Assembly (NCBI RefSeq): GCF_009914755.1 | Contig: NC_060925.1 | DNA: 64,000 nucleotides | Source of the DNA: the human T2T-CHM13v2.0 reference genome, Homo sapiens | Strand: one strand, 5' to 3' | In this document: piece by piece, positions 55,922 through 64,000 of the stretch | How the letters are laid out: the number at the start of each line of letters is the position of its first letter | How positions within the stretch are numbered: the first letter of the stretch is position 1 | The notes under the pieces: model-generated | What the model was told of the DNA's origin: nothing | Seen by the model: only the letters and a program-made list of their open reading frames with translations | Databases searched by the model: none | Program-made: the position numbers and the translations under genes

Positions 55922-58524
55922 GTAAGTAAGGAAGTCTTATAAACCTATTCTAGCCACCTAACCAGAAACTCGAAATTTAGCAGGTTCTTTCAGTTTCAGG
56001 ACAGTTGTGTTCACTAGATCAGAGGCATTGAGACATGAAGAACAGACCCTTAAAAAGGGAAAGTGTTCCCTTCAGTTTGAGGACATCACTGGAACATTAG
56101 GGAAGTGGGAACACAGCTGCTCACTCTACAGTGTGGGTTGCCTTTGTGTCTGGAATGTGTCTGACGTCCTGATCCCTGTGCACATTTCAGGGAGCCTTGG
56201 GAGGACCCCGAATCACTGATGGAATTGCGCAGTGCATGGAGATGGCTCAGCAGGATGAGGGTAAATGCAGGGGCAAGTCCAGGCCATACTGAGAGACAAT
56301 GAGTGGCGCTGATGAGGACAAAGATAAAATCAAAAGTTTGTGCTTCATCTTCAAAAACTCAAGCTGATAACAAACTTGGCCTGATGAGAAATAATAAGTA
56401 TTTTTCTATTTACATGAGAATTTAATCTCAAAACAGAAATCAGAAAAATATGAAGTCCAGGGCATAAAACCTAAAACTATTGCTCATATTTATTCTTTCT
56501 AAATAGAGCAAAGTGTAAAATCTTCTCCATAAGACATACATTGTGGTTATAAAAAGGCAAAAGTCTTAGTGAGAATCATTGGTATTCCATAGAAGAGTGA
56601 ATTAAACACAGCCAAGGGAAGACCCACGTCTCATACTTCTCTTGTATATTCCAAAGTTCCAGGGAAATTCCAGGTGATAGAGGTTATTTCCCATACTGTT
56701 AAAGCAAGGTTTCAGACACTTCTGAATTTTGGTCCCAGTACTCTAGAAGGGCACACCTCTGTCCTGGAAAATAATACAGGAATGAATACTCTTCCCGTGA
56801 CCCATTCTGGTCATTCTTCCAGCATCACAAAAACCAAAAAATGGAAATATGGCCAAATACGTGATTAGCTGTCCCTCATCTTCAGGTTTCTTATCTGTTA
56901 CTTATAGATAATAGCATTACCTTAAGGATTATGATGAAGATACAATGTCCAAATATAAACACAGTTTTGAGCAAAATGCCTTGTATGAATTGGTCAATGA
57001 ATAATTACTAAATATGTGAATATTTACTGGATTGTATGGATCCTATGAATAATTACTGAATAATTATTGTGATTGCTTTTATTGGCAGTGCTGAAAACTC
57101 ATCCCTTTGTGACCTCAAGTAACCCATGACACTTTGTGAACCTGCAGTTTTTTCATTTAGAAACTTGACAGATTTTCATTCTGACACAGAATGTCAGGTC
57201 TCCCAGACCCTAGAAAATACATTGACTTAAAGCCTTTGATACATCTCAAAGCAGTATCCTTACAGTGTCACTGGAAGATGGTGCGGGCTGCAGAGAGGGA
57301 TGCTTTCAAATGGGATTAACCAGTCCTCCTTCCTTCACTTCCACATGAATGCTGGGCAGCCCAGGGTCAACCCACTGCACCCTCAACTCAGGCAAGTCCA
57401 GCAGCCAATCTTAGGAGACCTGGGCTACAGAACAGTCTCTCAAGTTCCAGGCTCACAAAACCTAGGTGGGGATGAAAGCTGAGAAAGCGAAGAGGTGGTT
57501 CAGGGGATCACTCTTTCCTACTTGTTCCTCTCACCTCAAACTCACCTTCTACTGCACAGCAACACTGAGGATCGCCAACCAACCCTGACCATAACCTTGA
57601 TCTTGCCATGTTCTGTTAGTGGAATGCAACCCAAAATCAATGGTGTTAGGTCATCTCAACAAAATATATATCAAACCATATTCCATAAGAACTGCTCGTG
57701 GCCCTGTTCTTTTCAGTATATGGGAAAACAAAATGGAAACAACAAAATAGCATCAGGTTTACAAAACTTCCCAAGATAGATGGTCACACATGTTTTCAGG
57801 AGACCTCTATATAAATGACTTTGATCACTTGATACCTTGAAAAGAGGTCTTGGGGCACTAGAATGACATCTATAAGTGACAAGTATAAAATGTAGTGCTC
57901 AGTGACATTAAAAAACAAATCAACCCACATAGAGGAAGAGCTTTGGACGTAGGGATGTCAAACTGGTCTAGAATGTAATGAAAACCCAAGAAGGTGCCCC
58001 AGTAAGAAAGAAGAAATCAATCTAACAATGGGATGCAGCAGCAAGAATACTGAGACAGGAAAGAAAATATTTTAAAAAAATGAATTATTCATTCACTTTC
58101 TAGTGGATACAGAAAAAACTGCAGAAGACCCGGAGGATATCAGGGCAGGCTAAAAGTTTGATATCTTACACCTGTGGAAAAGCCTTAAGCTCTGTTTTAA
58201 CTGAGAGCAGGTGGGGTGACTTCATGACTACCATTAAGAAAATATAACCTGTTGGGAAACTGTTTCTGCCTTGATGATGTTGTACAGACAAGAGATAAAC
58301 AGTGAGGAATATGCTTAGATGTATTGGGAAAGACACGGGTCTGTGGCATTGTCACAAGGGTACACGAATACTGAGAGTGAATGCTGAAGGAATGATCCCC
58401 ATTGGTGGTGACCCTCAGGTGAGAGTAGGGTGCCTGTGTTTCAGCAAAGCCTGGGCAATTGGAATGCAGAGCTCCTAAGATTCCATGACACCCCCACCTT
58501 CTAATTCTGTTATTGCAACTGCAG

Positions 58525-58679
58525 ACGGTTACCTGGCACGCTGGCCACATTCTGCCTCACTCTTATCAGAGTCTGAGCTACTGGCAGTGCTTTCAGCTCT
58601 GAGTTGAGGCACCTCGAACCTTGTTTTTGTGGTGAAGGATCCTAAAGTGCTGTGGGGAGTGATCACATTTTTCACAACA
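58525..58679 (+). other. Candidate NBPF 5' non-coding exon (155 nt)
   Basis: aactgcag|ACGG acceptor and AACA|gtaagt donor, 102 nt before the first NBPF coding exon. Confidence 0.4.
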
Positions 58680-58781
58680 GTAAGTTAAGAATTTCAGTTA
58701 CTGACATCCCTCAGTCCTGATTAAACCGATTTGATTTCACCAGTTTTTAACCCATCATATGTTTGGGTTTCTTCTCCCCAG

Positions 58782-58991
58782 TCCCTGACTCCACCTCTTC
58801 TGCCACAAACGTCAGCATGGTGGTATCAGCCGGCCCTTGGTCCAGTGAGAAGGCAGAGATGAACATTCTAGAAATCAACGAGACATTGCGCCCCCAGCTG
58901 GCAGAGAAGAAACAGCAGTTCAGAAACCTCAAAGAGAAATGTTTTCTAACTCAACTGGCCGGCTTCCTGGCCAACCAACAGAAGAAATACA
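58782..58991 (+). CDS. NBPF: NBPF first coding exon (210 nt; ATG at 58817; [35 protein letters not shown]...)
   Basis: ccccag|TCCCTG...ATACA|gtaaga; typical NBPF N-terminus; family member (NBPF10/14/19 expected next to NOTCH2NLA/B/C) not resolvable here. Confidence 0.95.
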
Positions 58992-59538
58992 GTAAGATCT
59001 ATAGGCTCACCATCATGAAAGTGATGAATGATATCCTGTCTTCTCTCTGAGACACTAAATGCTCTCTCCATCAAAAATAATTTCATCCTTCCTGTACTTC
59101 TAAGAAAACAGAAATGGGTATTTTAACATTTTGTTAAAGTTGGAAGACAGAGGTGCCAAAGTATTTAGCAACTTTCCATGTTTGCAATCAGATGGGGGTG
59201 GAACTAGAGTTAAACTCACAGTTATTGATTTCTAACGCAGGCACAGAATGACCTGTTTTCTCCAAGGGGCTCAATCGTGTTTTCAAGAATCCTCTCTGTA
59301 CCATATAAGATCCTGCAGACAAATAACATCTAGTCTGTTGTTCTAAATGTCTAGGACTAGTGAACTTTTATTCAGTTCAAGTTTCTGTTGAGGCCCAAGA
59401 GGCAAAGCTCTGTTCTAGTGACTCTGAGGGGAACTTGGTGATAGTAGCCAGTACCTGCTCTGAGGGGCTTCAAGGGGAGTCTGCTCCTAATAGAACCTGT
59501 GCTATCTATAAGTGACAGCATCAAGAGCAGGGAGTAGG

Positions 59539-59864
59539 GGCCGTGCAACGTGGCTCACTCCTATAATCTCAGCACTTTGGGAGGCTGAGGCGGGCAGAGC
59601 ACGAGGTCAGCAGTTTGAGACTAGCCTGGGCAACATGGAGAAACCCCATCTCCACTAAAAATACAAAAAGTAGATGGGCATCGTGGCGGGCAACTGTAAT
59701 CACCACTAATCGGGAGGCTGAGGCAGAAGAATCCTTTGAACCCAGCAGGCAGATGTTGCAGTGAGCCAAGATTGCACTATTGCACTCCAGCATGGGTGAC
59801 GGGGCAAGACTCGTCAAAAAACAAACAAACAAAACGATAAATAAATCAAAAATAAAAATAAAAA
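59539..59864 (+). mobile_element. Diverged AluS in an NBPF intron
   Basis: Alu dimer with (AAAC)n/(AAAT)n tail. Confidence 0.85.
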
Positions 59865-60833
59865 GCAGAGAGTACCTTGGTGAGAGTGAAGTCCTGCTTC
59901 CTGGTGCACAGGCTCTTGTTCCTAAAGAGGAAAGATCACACCGGAGAATGTGTGGAAGCAGCAGTGCAGTGTGCAAAGCAGGGACCCTCAGCCTGTCTCC
60001 TGGGCTCCATCCAAGTTGCTTGTCTTGTCTGTCCCTCAGTTTCCTCATCTGTTCAGAGGGTACTACAATAATACCTACCTCTGTAAATTGCTGCAATGAA
60101 TTACCTGAGGTATTTCCTGTCAATCTCCTTGAACATTAATTGGCACAGTGTAAACACTATCTATTAGTTCTTCATTCTGATGTTTCTAAATTAACACAAA
60201 CTAATCTTATTCTGTTTCTAAATTAACACAACTAATCTAAATCTTAATGCTGCCTCTCATACTAATAAAGTATTTGGGCATATTTCCTTCATGGCCTTAT
60301 TGTCTTATGTCTCACACTTTATGCTTCAGATATGATTCTTAAAACCATATCTGAATATTGATTTAAAAGTGAAATATTTTTAAAGTCCTTGACATATTTG
60401 TCCTTGAAATACCCAGTAAAAGGGAAGCCATCAGTCCCATAGTCCTAGGGGCCTTCCCGACTGTACAAGAAATCACTACTTCATGCCCCAGTGCAGTGTT
60501 TTAGAGGAGAGGCTGCAAGGCTTGGGAAAGTGGCCCCACATTCAGAGTCAGACCTCAGGGGCTGTGAGTTCTGACTCCACTTCGTTGTGGTTGAATCATC
60601 TTGTCAACTTCCTTGATGTGCCCTTGAGTTTCTCTTTCTTCGTCTTTAAATTTTGGAGGATCAGATGCCAGAAAGTCAGGAGACTGAAGAGTAAAGATGT
60701 GGAAATCCCTGTCTAGACCGTGGTACTGGGGAGAGTTTTGTCCTTGGGATGGACCTGGCTCCTGCCCTGTAGGCAGTGACCACAGCAGCATGTCCAGCCT
60801 TCCACTGAGGCAGGCGTGTCTGTCTTTTCTCAG

Positions 60834-60936
60834 AGTATGAAGAGTGTAAAGACCTCATAAAATTTATGCTGAGGAATGAGCGACAGTTCAAGGAGGAGAA
60901 GCTTGCAGAGCAGCTGAAGCAAGCTGAGGAGCTCAG
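60834..60936 (+). CDS. NBPF: NBPF coding exon 2 (103 nt; [35 protein letters not shown], coiled coil)
   Basis: ttctcag|AGTAT...CTCAG|gtgagg; phases join the neighbouring exons. Confidence 0.95.
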
Positions 60937-61767
60937 GTGAGGGGACCCCGTAGGGGGAGGCAGGCGGGTAGGTGTGTAGATCTCTGAAGTACAGCAGCTC
61001 GGCGGGGAGAAGTAAGAACGAAGCTGGGCCAGGGGAAGGGCAGAAATTGCCATGGCAGGCTCATGACACACAAATATTTATCAGAGAACAAGGATAATAA
61101 TAAGTTCTCTGTTGCAGTTGTTTCTTAGAGCCTTGTTTTCTCTTTTTCAAACAAGTAATTGTTGAGGTGAAATTTACATAACACAAAATTCACCAAAGGA
61201 GTGGGAACCACCCAGCAGCATTCAGTATAATCAAAATGGTGTGCTATCGCCACCCCACTTACCCTTAGTGAGAATCACCTCCTGACTGACTGCGGCTTCT
61301 CATTCTTTCACTCAATCAATGTTGCCTCCTCGACCCTGTCCTTCTTTTCTTCTTTCATCTTTTCAATTCGCCCCATCTGCACCTGGCCTCATTTCTGTAC
61401 GTGGCTTTGTATGTAGTGGCCGCAAGATGCACTATGTGTATTTTCACATGGAAATGTCCATGGCCAGAGTGAGGAACTGAAAGGATGTCTTTTTGAAACG
61501 GAATTAGGAAGACACCTACTTTTGTTTACAGAAGAGAAAGATGAATGGAACATCATCGAGGATCTTGCAGGAGCCCTCTCTGATAGAGGGAAAGCCTGTA
61601 GACCATTTTCTATTCTTTCTCTTGGCCACAGTCATTCCTTTCAACATGTGCTGACCTTCTGCTTGGAGGTCTCCTTGACGACATTGTCTCAGAAGTCTCT
61701 GTTGCAATATTTGAACGGATCACTCAACCCTTTCTACTCTTAAATTTTCTCTACCGTCTCACCTTAG

Positions 61768-61982
61768 GCAATATAAAGTCCTGGTTCACTCTCAGGAACG
61801 AGAGCTGACCCAGCTAAGGGAGAAGTTACGGGAAGGGAGAGATGCCTCCCGCTCATTGTATGAGCATCTCCAGGCCCTCCTCACTCTGTATGAGCCGGAC
61901 AAGTCCCAGGGGCAGGACCTCCAAGAACAGCTGGCTGAGGGGTGTAGACTGGCACAGCACCTTGTCCAAAAGCTCAGCCCAG
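61768..61982 (+). CDS. NBPF: NBPF coding exon 3 (215 nt; [38 protein letters not shown]...QKLSP)
   Basis: ccttag|GCAAT...CCCAG|gtaagg; open frame throughout. Confidence 0.95.
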
Positions 61983-63029
61983 GTAAGGTGGCCATAGGCC
62001 CTGATGACCCAAAACCCCAGGCTTATGAGAGGCTCCAGACCTCCATACTTTCACAATGACAGTTGTATCAGTGGGGTTTTTTTCTACTACACCTATGTGG
62101 CCATGACATGATCAGGACTTCCTGGGTAAGAACAGAGATGGGAAACCCATGGGTTTGGAGGTCACAGTATTGCAAGTGTCCCTCCTTCCTTGATGGAAGG
62201 TGGTCTTTGGAGCAAGAGGCAGCATCTATCTAGTTTTAAAGGACAGGAAGGAGGCTGTGATGGAAGGGCGCTTGTTGGAGTGAAAAGAGCTCTGGGCTAA
62301 GAATGAAGGTTCCCAGGCTGTATTTTTGGCAATGTTCTTAGTAAGTGTCAGTGAGTGATTTATCTTTTCAGAGTTTCTCTCTCTCCATCTGCAAAGGCAG
62401 ACAAATTGTCTCTTGCAAGGGTCTGAAGCATCCAAATATGGGAACACTTACGAATGCTTTTCAAAATGAGATGAAGCCCCTCTCCATGTGGTGTTGGAGA
62501 AGGCACTTGATGTGGGGGCATTTGGTGGTAGGAAGTGCTTCAGACTGGAGCACTCCCCATGGATAGAATGTCCCTGAATAACACAGCAGAAGCCACATGG
62601 AGGGCCTGTGCAATCTCATGACGCATAGAGGACTGTGGGACAAGTTTGTCCTCTCCTAAGAGAAAGAATGAGGTTTGAAATGCGAACTGTGACAGGACAC
62701 CAAGCCTGTTCCTGGGAATCAGATCTGTGGCAGGATGGGGGAGACAGCTGCCAAAGTCCAGAGAGAGGCTGCACAAGCCTCCAGTGATATGGGAAGCAAA
62801 AGGTCTTTTCAGTATTTGGCCACATCTTGATGGTGGCCCTCCACATCAGAAATGCATTGCCCGATGGACCAGGAAACCATGCCAGGGCATTTTGTGAAAG
62901 ATAAAACATGAGAGTTTTCAGTACAATGCTGAACCATACATAGATGTTCATGTCTCTGTGCACGTTGGGCTGACTGTGCTTGCAGAATGTGAAGTGGGAA
63001 ATACCTGAACGAACATTTTGTATTTCTAG

Positions 63030-63102
63030 AAAATGACGAAGATGAGGATGAAGATGTTCAAGTTGAGGAGGCTGAGAAAGTACTGGAATCATCTGCCCCC
63101 AG
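63030..63102 (+). CDS. NBPF: NBPF coding exon 4 (73 nt; ENDEDEDEDVQVEEAEKVLESSAPR), small exon of the Olduvai CON1 doublet
   Basis: ttctag|AAAAT...CCCAG|gtaaca; acidic NBPF linker. Confidence 0.93.
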
Positions 63103-63565
63103 GTAACACTGAATACTCAGGAGCAAGTAATGGGTGGTAACGTATGAAAATGTCTAGGAGGCACACCCTCTCTGGCATCTATGATGGGCCAAATGCCCGC
63201 ATTCCCTTGGCCACAGTATGTGAAATTCAACCCAGCTTAGACACAGGGTGCGGCAGCTGTCGTGTTTCTCTATGTGTGCCAAGTGTCATGTCTGTACCAT
63301 ACAGGGATAGCTGAGTCTTCATCCTCCTCAGCTCCTATCTGTTCAGTGCACTGAACACCAGCTGCTCTCTTCCTCTCTGGCTCCCATGGCAGCCATGGTC
63401 TGTTGCAGAGAGAAGAGGATTGCCTGTTCCCTCTTTAAGGGAACCTCCGTTTTGCTTTCTGGAACCACTCTCTTAATGCCACCTGTCAAAACCAGCTAGG
63501 ACTCCCTGGGGTCCAATCCCTCTGTGTTTAATCTTCTGTCATCTCTGTCCCACCTGGCTCATCAG

Positions 63566-63777
63566 GGAGGTGCAGAAGGCTGAAGAGAGCAAAGTCCCTG
63601 AGGACTCACTGGAGGAATGTGCCATCACTTGTTCAAATAGCCACGGCCCTTGTGACTCCAACCAGCCTCACAAGAACATCAAAATCACATTTGAGGAAGA
63701 CGAAGTCAACTCAACTCTGGTTGTAGACAGAGAATCCTCTCATGATGAATGTCAGGATGCTCTAAACATTCTCCCAG
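63566..63777 (+). CDS. NBPF: NBPF coding exon 5 (212 nt), Olduvai/DUF1220 CON1-type domain; gene continues past the window
   Basis: catcag|GGAGG...CCCAG|gtagcc; [35 protein letters not shown]... motif. Confidence 0.95.
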
Positions 63778-63890
63778 GTAGCCTCTATTTTCCTTGTGTC
63801 TCATACCTCTGTCTAGGCTATGGAAGATCAATTCTGAGGACAGGCTGTATATACACATATTGTTATTGTTTTAGTCAGAAACTAGGATGG

Positions 63891-64000
63891 AGCTAGGTGC
63901 TGTGACTCACACATATAATCACAGCACTTTGGAAGGCCCAAGTGGGACGATGACTTGAGTTCAGGAGTTGAAGACCAGCCTACACAATATGGTGAAACCC
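63891..64000 (+). mobile_element. Alu left arm, cut by the window end
   Basis: tgtgactcacacatataatcacagcactttggaaggcc...ggtgaaaccc. Confidence 0.8.

Overview
Human 1q21-type segmental-duplication DNA. It holds the 3' part of a NOTCH2NL paralog on the + strand (exons 2-5; exon 1 and the GGC repeat lie upstream of the window), followed 11 kb later, same strand, by the first five coding exons of an NBPF (Olduvai/DUF1220) gene. Exon 5 is derived from NOTCH2 intron 4 and encodes the [25 protein letters not shown] tail, so this is NOTCH2NLA/B/C-type, not NOTCH2 or NOTCH2NLR. It carries T197I and P210L; the exact paralog cannot be fixed from this window. The rest is intronic: Alu, L1, L2, MIR, LTR and DNA-transposon remnants. 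Most notable observations: (1) a 2.6-kb composite in intron 3 (THE1 5' LTR, short THE1-int stub, 28S rRNA fragment, HERV-L integrase/dUTPase, MLT2A 3' LTR) bounded by one 5-bp TSD, TTCAT, suggesting a single hybrid integration; (2) exon 4 starts with the same AG|GTAAGGAG as its own donor, a recursive-splicing-like layout; (3) phase-compatible NOTCH2NL-NBPF fusion and alternative C-termini; (4) a uORF/overlapping-ORF cluster in exon 2; (5) two short locally templated insertions. Repeat subfamily names and literature variants are from memory, not from database searches.
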